From: Toensbergia leucococca
Lineage: Eukaryota
Reading direction: 5' to 3'
NCBI GenBank assembly: GCA_022813965.1
Contig: JALDZS010000100.1
Coordinates: 62,001-82,949, forward strand
Length of the DNA: 20,949 nt
Shown: in pieces, positions 10,050-20,949 of the stretch
How positions within the stretch are numbered: position 1 is the first letter of the stretch
How the letters are laid out: the number at the start of each line of letters is the position of its first letter
Program-made: the position numbers and the translations under genes
Notes under the pieces: generated by a model
Seen by the model: the letters and a program-made list of their open reading frames with translations, nothing else
Databases searched by the model: none
What the model was told of the DNA's origin: nothing

Positions 10050-10989
10050 ATGTCGAGAGCTGGCCCTGAACTTCCACCGCATATGCTCGCAAAGCGAAAG
10101 CGGCAGGAAACCGCCGATGATGCCCCTCAAGCCCCTCCACAGCAATCCAGCAGCACCTCAAGCAGCCCAGATCCCTCAAAAAAACAACGCATCTTAGGTC
10201 CCTCTCTCCCGCCACGCTCCCCTCCCTTGCATTTCCTACCTCCCGGCTTCAATCCAGCCGTCGACAGCCCTCACACCTCTGCCTCTGCCTCCGACTCCGA
10301 CTCCGATTCCATCGGCCCCACCCTCCCCCCCTCCCCAGGCCACCTCGACCTCATCGCCCAAACCCGCCGTGACCAAGCCCTCGCCGCCGAAGCCGCCGCC
10401 CTCGAAGCAGCAAAAAAGCCGCAGCGAGAAGAATGGATGCTCGTGCCCCCGAAGCAAAACGATTGGTCCTCACGCGTGGATCCCACAAAGCTGCGGAATC
10501 GCAAGTTCAACTCGGGCAAGGGATCGAAGGCGCCGGCGCAGAAGGGGGGACGGGCGGATGATATGTCGTTGTGGACGGAGACGCCGGAGCAGAAGAGGCA
10601 GAGGTTGGAGGATGAGATTATGGGAGTGAGGAGGCCGGCGCAATTGGAGGGCGAGGAGGGGAAGCAAGGGTGGAAGGAAAGGGAAGCGAAGGAGACGGAT
10701 AGAAGGATTAGGGAGTACAATGTATGGGCTTTGCACCGTGTGTTTTACTGAGAATAAAAAAGAAGCTAACCAGCGCCGCGCACCCCAGGAAAAAAACCGA
10801 AACACCTCCCTCTACAGCGCGCACAAAAAAGCCGGCCCCAAGGAAAAAGAAGACGATCCCAGCGCGAGAGCCTTCGACTGGGAGAAAGACATGGGCAGCG
10901 GGGCGAAAATCGGCCATGCGCAGAAAAGAGAGCTGCTCAACCGAGCGGCAGATTTCGGGTCGAGGTTCGAGGGTGGGAATTATTTATGA
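10050..10989 (+). CDS. GPALPP1-like / DUF3752-domain protein, about 290 aa, 2 exons: 10050-10721, 10789-10989
   Basis: Three GPxLPP motifs (GPELPP, GPSLPP, GPTLPP), then REEWMLVPP, DPTKLRNRKF, WTETPEQK, DDPSARAFDWEKDM and a terminal FGSRFEGGNYL. Intron 10722-10788 (GTATGG...GCTAAC...CAG). Spliced CDS is 873 nt. Confidence 0.85.
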
Positions 10990-11226
10990 AGGGATGCTTA
11001 ACTCTAGCATCAAGTTTTTGGTCCAATGAGCCCTGTTCTGGTTAGGCCATTGGAGTGACTTGCCCTTTGCTTGAATGGTATGTGTGGGTAAGTCAACCTA
11101 TCTTATCTGGCTGTGTGGATGCGTGGTATGTGGGTATCATCACATTCTTTCCGAACAACCATAAAACCATTCCTCCAAAGATATTGACATGCAATTCATG
11201 CCAGCAACCACACCTCCAAATCGCCT

Positions 11227-14200
11227 TCACAGTCTCGCCTTCCTCATCCCCTTCTTCAACTTCTTAGCCTCCTTGTTCCCAATCTCCTCCGCATAAACCT
11301 CCTCCACAGTCTCCCCCTTCCTCTTACCCGAAGAAGCTGGCTTCGACCCCTTCACACTGACAGTGACACTCTCCCCTCCGCCGTTGGCACGCACGGCCCG
11401 CTTAACCTGCTTCTCCGCATCATCCCAGCCAGCGTCCCCGTTCTCAATTTCGTACCTGCAACCCAATCATCCATCAGCTTCGCTGTAAGCATGAGTTGAG
11501 ACTCGACACAGACGAGAGTACCTACTTATCCAACGGCAAAGCATCAATGAGCGCCCTCTGCTTCTCCTTCAACCCTCTATCCACCTCGTCCCCACCCTCC
11601 TTCAACTCCTCATCCAACCCCATCTGCAGCGGCACAAATCTTCCATCTTCTTCCTCCTCCACTTCCCTCGTCGGCACGGATGAAGGCATCATCTCCGCGA
11701 CTGCCCCTTCAACCAACGATCGGAAATGACTTGAGACCTTCCTCACAATCTTCACAAACATCGCCAGGAGCTGACTGGCAGGCAACCCAAGCTCTTTCTC
11801 CACATCATCGAGCACTTTCCTTTGCAAGCCGACGGCTAGGAGAATTGAGGACTGCACGCCGGAGAGCGAGACGGCAGGCTTGAGGCGACCGGTGAAGTAA
11901 AGCGTAGCGATATGAGGGACCATGTCGAGGATGACGTGGTAATCTAGCATGTTGTTTGCGTAGCTATCTAATCGCTTCAAATCGAAAGGCGAGAACGACT
12001 CATCAAGCTCTGATTTAGTAAGTGGCGCCATTCGAGAGGAGATATCGAGCTTCGAGCCTGCGTTTGCAGACTCATCAATGCTGAGAGCAAGGACCGATGG
12101 AAAGGAGCGAAATTGATAAGACAGGAGAGAGAGGAAACGCTTATGGAAATCACGGGCAAAGGCGCCAAGCCAGGCGCTGTCATTAGTGCCGTTGAAGAGT
12201 GTACGGAGCATGACGCAGGAGTGCTCACCGGTGAGCTCGTTGGGTGTTTGACGGAGATAAACCGGGCTGAAGGAGGCACGTTTCCAGAATCTGTGCAGAG
12301 AGGCGGTAAGACCGAAACTGACACCTAGATATTCCAGGGGTTGAGGTCGGCATTCCGAGAGCTTAGAAAAGAGAGGAGGCATGGACTGGATGTCCCGGAC
12401 TTTGACATTATCAGAGAGAAGGGTTGATTCTTCTAATTCGGCGTCTGTGACGCGAACGATTTCCTCGACTTGTATACTATCGATTTCTGAAAGATCGGTG
12501 AACTTGCCTTCGTAGAAGTCGGTGAGGAGTTTGAGTGCTCGACTACCATATCCCATACTGACGTACTCGGGGTTGGTTGCAATGCGAACTACGCGTGCTC
12601 CTGACAGTCCAGCAAATTCCTCATCTTGGAATTGCTGGCTGACAAGCCAAGGGATCAAATCACCACCTGCTCGTTGACCCCGGCTCAAGCTATTCAGCAC
12701 GCTCTGCTTGCTGATCTGGCCTTCTAATGCAACTTGAATTACACATAAAGGTTCTGGTAATCGAGCACTATCATCGTCTATCGGTGGAACAAGGACGAAC
12801 AATTGATGGGCAGGAGCGTCGCTCATGAGCTGTAGGTCATTTGGAGAATTCTTGTAGTGACTTGCAACATATAAAGCCATCATCTGCTGGAGAAATTTTT
12901 CAGAGACGGGATGAAACGAAAACAGTGTATCACGATTAACTTGGAACAGTTGACATTCGGAGGGATGAGGGCAACCTTGCGAATTTAATTTTGAGCGTGG
13001 TAAGGTCGCATCAAGACATAGTACTTTGTTGAGCCATTTCTCTACAGGGTCTCCTTGAGCGTATCGTATCGGTTCTGATAGAGTGATCTCTCGTAATGCC
13101 CTACCCCCAATGTAGGCATTGTCGACGTTCTTCGCTGACTTGTCACTCGATCGATTAGCCACTTCCCCATCGCTATTCGCCTTGACCGCCCCTCTTGACT
13201 GTTCACGGAGCTGCTGTATTAGCTTCAGCGACAACGACCGGCCTGTGCCCTCATAGCCATTGATTGTTGAAGCCATGAAGACAAGATAGGGACCCATCAA
13301 TTTCCTCACCAGGGGAAGGGGTATTGCAGCTGCTTCGTCGATGACAAGAAGCTCTGCTTGACCTAACGTATAGGCATCTTGCGGCTGTATGTACTGGATC
13401 GTCTGTCTGTGCTGCCGATGAACGTTCACCCGTACTACTGCTTTGTTGAAATCCGGATTGGTTGACTGAATAATTGAATAGTCAACATGATCCAGGTAAT
13501 TGAGTGCATCAAAACCCTTGAAAACAAATTCGAATAAGGTCTTCAAGTTTTCTGGACTGGGTGATGTGATGAAAATATTACTATATCCATGAGCTATAGC
13601 AGCTGCAATTGCGACTCCCAAAGCTGCAGATTTCCCTCTCCCTCGCGCCGCAGTAAGTGTGACAGTGCTTCTAAGCGTCTTCTCAGCAATTGCATCAACA
13701 AAAGTTAGAAGAGCTTTTGCTTGGTCCACAGTTTTGGCGAGTTGCACGAGCGAGCCCACAGGCTGTGAGTCCACAAGACTTTCCTTGATCCCATCGAGTT
13801 CTTTCCTAGCTTTTGATTTGCTTTCGTCCTCTGGGTCGGGGGGAGGAAGCGGTTTGACATTTTTACCACCCGAGATTGGTAGGACATTCAACTCGTCATC
13901 CACGAACAGGCACGCATCGCAACTACCTAGTGAAAGAACAAAGCGTTCATTGAATCGAGCAGTCACATCATCGTGTGCCTCGGTGCGATATCTTGAATGT
14001 ATGTCCATGGACAGAGTATACAATTGCTTCAGGCTGGTCATTCCTTTAAGAAGTAGCAAGACCAGTCCTCCGCCCTCGACAGTTTCAATGGTTCTCGCCA
14101 GTAGATTAGGGGTGATTGCTTCAAAGTCCTGCAGTATGCACATGCCGAAGGTATTACCCAAGATTTTATCAGTCTCCTTGTAGTAAACATAGCGAATGTT

Positions 14201-14691
14201 ATGCAAAGTAACGAATAATTCGAATGGATCTTCGGTATTAGGCTCTCGAATGCCACGCTTGATTTCCTTCTTTATCTTGTTCTCTCGCTTCTTCCTGTTG
14301 CTAGAAAATCAACTGTATTAGCAGCGCGAATACTCGATGGTCCTGAAAATAGACAGTATACCTTGTGAAGCCGAGTAAATCCTTCTTATATGCCCAGAGC
14401 ACTGATTTGTTCTGCTTAATATCCACGCTTGACATGATATAGTGTAAATGAACAATGACATCTTTGGCTCGGTCCCCAACTACAATGATAAAGCTGCGCT
14501 TCTTCTCCTGAAATGATCTTGCATAAGCGGGTGTTGATAGTCAAGTGGTGGGGTCTTGAGAAGATTGTACCTGAACTCCATTGCGAATCAGAGCGGGTAT
14601 TCGCGAGTCTCTACGAAAATATTAGATTTAAGCCTCACAAATATGATCTTTGAATAACAAGCAGCCGAACATACACAGCTTTCCGAGGCAT
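11227..14691 (-). CDS. KRE33: RNA cytidine acetyltransferase Kre33/NAT10 (18S rRNA and tRNA ac4C), about 1068 aa, 5 exons: 14691-14675, 14610-14571, 14507-14362, 14300-11526, 11455-11227
   Basis: Spliced N-terminus MPRKAVDSRIPALIRNGVQEKKRSF; LQDFEAITPNLLARTIETVEGGG; Walker A ARGRGKS; IDEAAAIP; GYEGTGRSL; ASHYKNSPNDLQ; GNAT motif RVVRIATNPEY..MGYG; Lys-rich C-terminus. Four GT-AG introns; spliced CDS is 3207 nt. Confidence 0.97.
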
Positions 14692-15047
14692 GATGACGGG
14701 ACTGATTGTTCAACGACCTAGTCACAATTATGGTGTGGGGGGGAGAAGGAAAACAGGTCCTCTGACATGGATTCTATTGGCACAGTATAGCGCAAAGTGC
14801 TTTGGGTTAGGTTGTCCCATCGATACAGTGCTCAAGTGCACTTGACTAGAAATAAAGCGGTAGAGAAATTATCTTGCAATATTCGAAAATACCGAGACAA
14901 ATTGTGGTTTGGAGCAGATATTTAAGCTTAAGTTGATATTCCAGTCGGGAACGCTAGCAAGGGTGTACCTTATTCTATGCCAAGCATAAATTACTGCTGA
15001 TCTCCCGAGCCTCATCATCCCCTCCAAAGCCCCGTCCCCACAGAAAA
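14692..15047. promoter_or_regulatory. Probable bidirectional promoter region between KRE33 and the cysteine synthase 2 gene
   Basis: Head-to-head start codons are 356 bp apart, with C-rich leaders just before each ATG on its own strand. Inferred from geometry. Confidence 0.55.
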
Positions 15048-16653
15048 ATGCCCTCCTTCCCTCCCCTCACCACAACCCTCGCCTTCCTAGCCGGCATCCT
15101 CCTAACTCTGGGCCTCAAAGACTTTTACCCGGACCTAGAGCGACGCTTTCGTCGCCGCAGCCACTTTCCTCCCAACAATACCCTCGCAGGCGCGGGGCTA
15201 GTAGTACCGCAGGTGGATTTGGAGGACCGTACGAGGAAAAGCGCAGGAGGAGGAGGAGGAGCAATCGCAGGAAAACGGGAAGGAGGAGAGGGGTTGGAGG
15301 TAGTAGAAGGAGTAGAGGGATGCGTTGGGGAGACGCCGTTGATAAGGATACGGTCGCTGTGTGAGGAGACTGGGTGTGAGATTTTGGGGAAAGCTGAGGT
15401 AATCAATTGATTTTTTTGATTAGTATCAGAACGCTATTAATTTTTACCCCAAGTCAAAGGATACAGCCAGTACCTAAGTCTCTAATTGTGAAATTTTTAG
15501 TTCATGAATGGGGGCGGAGGCAGTCCGAAAGACCGTGTAGCACTCAGCATCATAAATATGGTAAACATCCCACCCTAGATATTCCCCTGACTTTGATTTC
15601 TCCCGGTTCTGAGTCAACGGTTCTAGGCAGAAGGAAGTGGGCTGTTGAAGCCGAATTCGGGAGACGTCATCTACGAAGGAACGGTAGGATCTACAGGCAT
15701 TTCGCTCGCGACAATATGTAGAGCGCGTGGCTATCGAGCGCACATGTAAGGCATAGTTAACCGGAAAACCCCTTTCCTTGACATCCCAGGCTAACAACAC
15801 TGACTAGTTGCATGCCGTCTGACCAAGCCACCGAGAAGTCCGACCTTCTCCTCAAACTCGGCGCAGTGGTCGACCGTGTTCCACCAGCCCCCATCGTAGA
15901 TCCTATGCACTTTGTCAACCGCGCTCGTACTCTAGCTGCCGAACACACGGCAGATCCGAATCGCCGAGGTCGAGGTTTCTTTGCGGATCAATTCGAGACC
16001 GAGGGCAATTGGCAAGCTCACTACGAAGGGACCGGTCCAGAAATCTATCGACAATGCTGTGGGCACATCGATGCTTTCGTTGCTGGCGCCGGCACCGGCG
16101 GCACTATTGCCGGCGTAGCCCGATACTTAAAGCCAAGGCTGCCGGATCTAAAGATAGTGCTGGCGGACCCGCAAGGAAGCGGACTGTTCAATCGAATCAA
16201 GTACGGGGTAATGTTCGATTCCAAGGAAAGGGAAGGCACTCGAAGAAGACAGCAGGTCGACACAATTGTAGAAGGAATTGGGATCAATAGACTTACAGCG
16301 AACTTCGAAGCTGGAAGAGAACTGATTGACGATGCTATCAAGGTGGAAGACGAGCAGGCCATAGCCATGGCAAGGTGGCTTGTGGAGAGAGATGGGATAT
16401 TTGCGGGAAGCAGCAGCGCGGTCAATTGTAAGTGAATATTGTAGGCAATGCATTAGATTCGCTGTCTGATAAGTCTAAAGGTGTTGCCGCATTCAGATTT
16501 GCCCAGATTCTCGGCCCAGGGCACCGTATCGTCACAATCCTATGCGATTCGGGGACGAGACACCTTTCGAAATTTTGGGCAAGAGCAGGTAACATTAGTG
16601 GAGAACTAGACGTGAACTTGGCAGACATTATAGACGCAGCTTCATCGGACTGA
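15048..16653 (+). CDS. cys12: Cysteine synthase 2-like PLP enzyme (S. pombe Cys12 / S. cerevisiae Mcy1 subfamily), about 440 aa, 5 exons: 15048-15398, 15501-15560, 15627-15745, 15808-16427, 16481-16653
   Basis: VGETPLIRI, KAEFMN..GSPKDR (PLP lysine), EGTVGSTGISLA, AGAGTGGTIAG, DPQGS, VEGIG, GSSSAVN and TILCDSGTRHLSKFW, with a hydrophobic N-terminal segment. Four GT-AG introns; spliced CDS is 1323 nt. Confidence 0.92.
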
Positions 16654-16766
16654 GCCGCTGGATCCTTTCTGACAAAGATCGAGAACAGATAATACTAGTG
16701 AACCGTTGGTCTAATTGCAAACATAACAGTCCACTGATCGACTGCCATCATCAGAGCCGAGGATTA

Positions 16767-19451
16767 CTAGTTGCATCTCAAACACACGCTCCTCTGGCAT
16801 CTATAGCCGGTAGACCCGCACTTGCGAGACGCTTTCGAGGATGTACGAGGCGTAGAGACTTTAAGTGGTGTAGATGCTGTCACAGGCAGTGAAAGCTCAT
16901 CGTCACTATAGTCTTCCATCAAAAAGCTAAAGGAACCCACAGGGCTAGATCCTGCTGACTTTGTCTCACGCTTCTCTTGCGAGGGAGTCGTCGGAGGTAG
17001 TCTCTTTTTGGGTCTGGTAGCATTCCTGCCAAAACGCAATTTCCTAGCGTGACGCCTTTTCAGGTGCTCTTTAGGCTTTTTCTTGGAAATCGATTCCACT
17101 GTGCTTTCCATGATTTCTTGAGGCTTTGGCTCCTTTGGAGAACCTGCTATACTATCGCTTGATTTGATTGGGATAGGAAGTGGCATCTCCATCACCTTCT
17201 TTGAGACTTTAGAAAGTCCTAGTACAATATCCTTCGTAGGTTCTGCGGGATCATCGCTCACTATAGGAGGTGTAAACAGTCTCGGGACTGCAATTTTCGG
17301 TTCCTTTAGGAGGAACTTTGTTGCGTGTTGGCATTGCTGCGCAACCACAGGCTCTAATATTGGCAACGATTCCAAAGGAGGATTCAAACCAGTCATGCTC
17401 GTCAAAGCATTGTCTTCAACGCTTGGTAGCATTCCTACCAACTTTTTCTCTTTTGGCGGAGTCAGAGGCTTCGCACTCACATCATCGAAGATAACGTCCT
17501 CCTGCTCTAGGACGAGATTTGTGGTATGCTGGATGTGACGGCCAACATGTTGATCCACTGGAGAACACATATCCGCCGTTGACAATGAATTCTTGGTATT
17601 TCGGGGTTTATTGTGACCACGCTCGGGATCTTCTGACGTGCTGGGCATGCCTTGTGACTCAACGTTGGATGTTTCCAACCTGTAGGTGGAATCGCATCCT
17701 GGAAGAACCTTGTCTCCTGAGTACTTTTTAGGCTTGATTCCTTGCAAGTATGAATAGCGCGTCTGTAGACCTGCTATAGTCCTGGTCTTGAAACTCTCGC
17801 TTATAGTGGACCAGGGCAAAAGATGGCGAGCTCGCATTTCTAGCAAACGAGCATCTTCTTGAGCTGTATACAATGGACGAGCCCGTTTAATAGAATCCGG
17901 CTGGCTTTGAGTATGTTTTACCAATCTTTTGTCCGATATGGATAGGTCACTAGGTAAGATGTGTGATCCTCGGTCCCTATCTTCCAAAGAAGACCCACTC
18001 TTTCCATTGGTACTCTCGTTACTCCTCTGAAGGCCATGCGAAGAGCCATTGATTTCGCTCATAGTTCTTCTATGACTAGTATCTGGGGTCTGGATGTCAT
18101 TCGATACGGAAACGTAGGCAAGATATTCGGGTTGTTTCTTCTCGTTAGTGATTAATTGACTAGGAGCTTGGGCTTCAAGCGTCTGCTTCCGCATCATTGG
18201 CTTTGCATAGCCCGAACGCCAATACTTTTTCTGGATGCCATTCAAACTCCTTCCTGGGAAATACAACTCAAGCCCAGCGAAGGTTAGGTTAGTGGTAGAT
18301 GTCAAGTGATGGAGAAGCCGCTCCTCCTTTTTCGTCCATGGATTGCCGCCACGAAGTTCTGCTGGTCTAGATTGGAGGGAATGCATTTTGATAAGATGAT
18401 TGCCCTGTTTGAATTTCCGGCGGAGAGGTGAGTAGTGACGTCGGCGCTTTGTGTTTGCAGAGTAAGCCGGTGAATGATCTTGTTGACGATGAAATTGATC
18501 CAATCGCTTTTTCTGGATCAATTCTACATCCGTGTTGTCCTTCTCAAAGTTCTTAGCACTAATGATCGACCTCATATCTGGCAGCTGCGAGTGCCGCTTG
18601 CGACCCCTTCTCGGGATTGCCCATACCGAGGAACCTGGTGGCGATAAGGATCTCTCTCTTTCAGTTTCGTCAAGTTCAAGAGCCATGAACAGAGGTCGTT
18701 GTTTTCCTCTTGATGTTGAACCCGCCAAAGGTGGAGAGCGCCAATCTGGCTCGACATGTGATTGATTGATACTTGCAGCTTCAAGCATTTCTTGGCGAGG
18801 ATAAATATGATTAAGTTGATTAGGTTGATAGGTTCGATTCAGAAGTCGCCGAGGATAGTCTTCGTCTTTATTCAAAGGATTCATCCCGGACCTGTTGTCA
18901 AACGGGCCCTGATAGACCAGGCCCTGGCTTGAGAGGTTCGTTGCGTAGCTACTGTCAAGTGGACTTTGGTAGGCTGATATGACATGTTTATCGGTAAGGT
19001 TTCCATTCGGAATGGGATACTCGGATGGTATTTCTCCCATCAGACTGTCCGCATCATCCTCGGAGTTGCAGGAATTTTCTGACTCTGGACTTCCGAGGAC
19101 ATGTTCTTCACCCTCGAAATGCGCCCTCATGTCTTCTTCTTCAAGGTTTTGGTCTAGACTTGCTAGTTCGTCACCAATAGACAATGTATCATCGTCCGTC
19201 TCAGTTGAATCGTCGTAGTCTCCAAGATCATTTTCGTCCGTCATTCCGAGTACGTGACCATTATCAACGACAATTTCCCCGGTGTTCATATCAATCTCAT
19301 CCCCAACCTGACTAAAATCTTTGCTGTACTTGTCAAATATGGATTCAAAAGCCGTTTTGAGGCGGAGGTCGTTTCGCATCCTAAGTCCGTCTAGCTCTGC
19401 TTCTGGATCCCCAGTGCCGATGATACGACGCCGTTTGTATGAAGGTTCCAT
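16767..19451 (-). CDS. SCM3: Scm3-domain centromere protein (CENP-A chaperone family) with two Myb-like repeats and a C-terminal Cys4 motif, about 894 aa, apparently intronless
   Basis: N-terminal RMRNDLRLKTAFESIFDKYSKDFSQVGDEIDMNTGEIVVDNGH matches the Scm3 domain. Myb-like WTKKEERLL...FPGRS..GIQKKY and YTAQEDARLL...W..ISESF..RT...LQTRY. Ends CGSTGYRCQRSVCLRCN. Start placed at MEPSYKRRR (19451); an in-frame ATG also exists at 19589. Confidence 0.85.
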   Translation of the reverse strand: MEPSYKRRRIIGTGDPEAELDGLRMRNDLRLKTAFESIFDKYSKDFSQVGDEIDMNTGEIVVDNGHVLGMTDENDLGDYDDSTETDDDTLSIGDELASLDQNLEEEDMRAHFEGEEHVLGSPESENSCNSEDDADSLMGEIPSEYPIPNGNLTDKHVISAYQSPLDSSYATNLSSQGLVYQGPFDNRSGMNPLNKDEDYPRRLLNRTYQPNQLNHIYPRQEMLEAASINQSHVEPDWRSPPLAGSTSRGKQRPLFMALELDETERERSLSPPGSSVWAIPRRGRKRHSQLPDMRSIISAKNFEKDNTDVELIQKKRLDQFHRQQDHSPAYSANTKRRRHYSPLRRKFKQGNHLIKMHSLQSRPAELRGGNPWTKKEERLLHHLTSTTNLTFAGLELYFPGRSLNGIQKKYWRSGYAKPMMRKQTLEAQAPSQLITNEKKQPEYLAYVSVSNDIQTPDTSHRRTMSEINGSSHGLQRSNESTNGKSGSSLEDRDRGSHILPSDLSISDKRLVKHTQSQPDSIKRARPLYTAQEDARLLEMRARHLLPWSTISESFKTRTIAGLQTRYSYLQGIKPKKYSGDKVLPGCDSTYRLETSNVESQGMPSTSEDPERGHNKPRNTKNSLSTADMCSPVDQHVGRHIQHTTNLVLEQEDVIFDDVSAKPLTPPKEKKLVGMLPSVEDNALTSMTGLNPPLESLPILEPVVAQQCQHATKFLLKEPKIAVPRLFTPPIVSDDPAEPTKDIVLGLSKVSKKVMEMPLPIPIKSSDSIAGSPKEPKPQEIMESTVESISKKKPKEHLKRRHARKLRFGRNATRPKKRLPPTTPSQEKRETKSAGSSPVGSFSFLMEDYSDDELSLPVTASTPLKVSTPRTSSKASRKCGSTGYRCQRSVCLRCN

Positions 19452-20071
19452 ACTCACAAGTTGGAAAGGAAGGGCGATATTCTTCGCAAAAATGATATGG
19501 CAAACGCGACCATTGAACGCGTGATGTGACAGGTAATGTAAGCTGATAGCGTAGGGGTGTACGGTATTATATGTAATGTATCTGAACATATTCTATGCCT
19601 GTGGCGCCGGAATTCCAATGTTTGTCAATAAATGTGAATCTAGTCTATTCTAGTGAATTGTGCTACCAGAGTCACTTCAACCATTTTCACTCACCGATGT
19701 ATGAGTTCACAGGTTAGGTGCTGAATTCTGTTTAAAACAATTTACGCCTAAGGTCTAAAACCCTATCAATGAAATCCGTGACATCTTCAACTAGTGGCAA
19801 AGCTCATGTGTCTAAAAGAAGCGCATAAAAAATGTGGCAAGATGAAGACTTTGTTGTGATGGAATCACTATTTTCACCTAGCTAGAAGTAGTAGCTGGTG
19901 TCTCGATTTTGTATAATATACTCCTTTTTAGCTACTCTGAAGGACTGCCAAGATATCCATGGCAGCAGAACCTAAGATACATTTTATCCAGAGGCCTCCA
20001 TACAGAGACCAAAAGTCATCCACAGTCGATCTATATCAGCACGTTACTACTTATCAATACACAATCCCCCT

Positions 20072-20949
20072 TTAAGCGGCCGTCCCCTTCCCTCCCTCAA
20101 GCCCGGGCAATGGAATCCATCCCCGTGTTCCAACCTTTGGGAGCCTCGGCTTTCCAAATCCCTCATCTAAATCAAGAATAATCTTCAAGGCGTTCCGGCT
20201 TCTCAAATACGGCAACGGGGCCTTCGCCTCACGTAAGCCTGCAACCTCCTGCCCGAGGCCCATCGCTGGCAGCGACGCCTCGCTCTCGCTTCCCGGCATT
20301 GGCAGGGACTTCTGCAGAACCTCGTAGGCAGCGAGGGTGAAGCCGAACTGCGGAGAGGAGCGCAAAATACGTGCTGGGCCGCCCTTGAAGAAGGCGCGGA
20401 AGCCCTCTTCTTGGTAGACGGTGCGAGCGCAGTGGCGCAGGGAGGTGTATTTAGTTTCGCCCTTACGGGCCTCAACTTGTAGGCGGGTTTTGATGACATC
20501 GCAGGGGGTGGTGAGGTACGCGGCAGGCATACCAGCGATGGCGCCCGCGGTAAGTAGCTGCAGGACGCCGAGTTTTTTGTTGGGGCCTTCACCAAAGAAG
20601 TCCCGTTTTAAATGGTTGTATGTAGGGAAATAGATGCCCGAGAAGGGAACATCGCGCAAGAGGCAAGCGCTAGCACCTTTGTAGAGGCCCACTAAACCAA
20701 GATTTTGGACGATCCACATTGCAGAGCGGCGGGGGACGCCCTCGACGGTCTTGGCGACTTCGCCTTGGACTTGGAGGCGAATTTTGACGATTTCTAGGGG
20801 ATTGGTGAAGACCTGCTTGTATGTCAACGGAAAGCTGATCAGATGGCATCCGTTTTGGAACTTACCACTTGACATGCACCTGCCGAGCCACCAGCAAGGA
20901 TTTCATGTGGCCACCAGATCTTCCCCGTATCTTTTTCTGAAAAATGGCC
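20072..20949 (-). CDS. AGC1: Mitochondrial aspartate-glutamate carrier (Agc1/aralar type), 3' part only; exons >20949-20866 and 20812-20072
   Basis: [70 protein letters not shown] and [17 protein letters not shown] carry the Px[DE]xxKxR carrier signatures typical of AGC1. Intron 20865-20813 (GTAAGT..TTGAC..CAG). The gene runs off the window end. Confidence 0.92.

Noticed and set aside
15399..15500. 102-nt AT-rich first intron of cys12 as a nested (stwintron) or snoRNA-hosting intron
   Set aside because: Nested splicing models gave poor donors or introns that were too short and broke the phase; no C/D box pair was found.
19452..19589. 46-aa N-terminal extension of SCM3 from ATG 19589
   Set aside because: The extension looks like translated UTR, and the downstream MEPSYKRRR start sits just before the Scm3 domain; not excluded without transcript data.
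1..20949. CRISPR array, tRNA/rRNA, transposase or biosynthetic gene cluster
   Set aside because: I saw no repeat-spacer structure, cloverleaf, transposon protein motif or PKS/NRPS gene; the genes are functionally unrelated housekeeping loci.

Overview
Eukaryotic, intron-containing DNA from a filamentous ascomycete (Pezizomycotina). The short GT-AG introns with CTRAY branch points and the gene content support this; any finer taxonomic placement would be a guess. By hand-splicing I reconstruct seven conventional genes: a secreted GH16 beta-1,3(4)-glucanase (-), VPS8 (-), a GPALPP1/DUF3752-type protein (+), KRE33/NAT10 (-), a cysteine-synthase-2-like PLP enzyme (+), an Scm3-domain centromere protein with two Myb-like repeats (-), and the 3' part of an AGC1/aralar-type mitochondrial carrier (-). 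All six complete models give frame-consistent CDS lengths. From 2.0 to 20.9 kb this is an ordinary, gene-dense housekeeping block. I see no tRNA, rRNA, CRISPR array or transposase, and no convincing novel multi-gene system. The least explained part is the first 1.9 kb. It holds an orphan, gene-like minus-strand locus (about 487-1399) interrupted by a frame change and an in-frame TGA, next to a G27 tract and other homopolymer runs.
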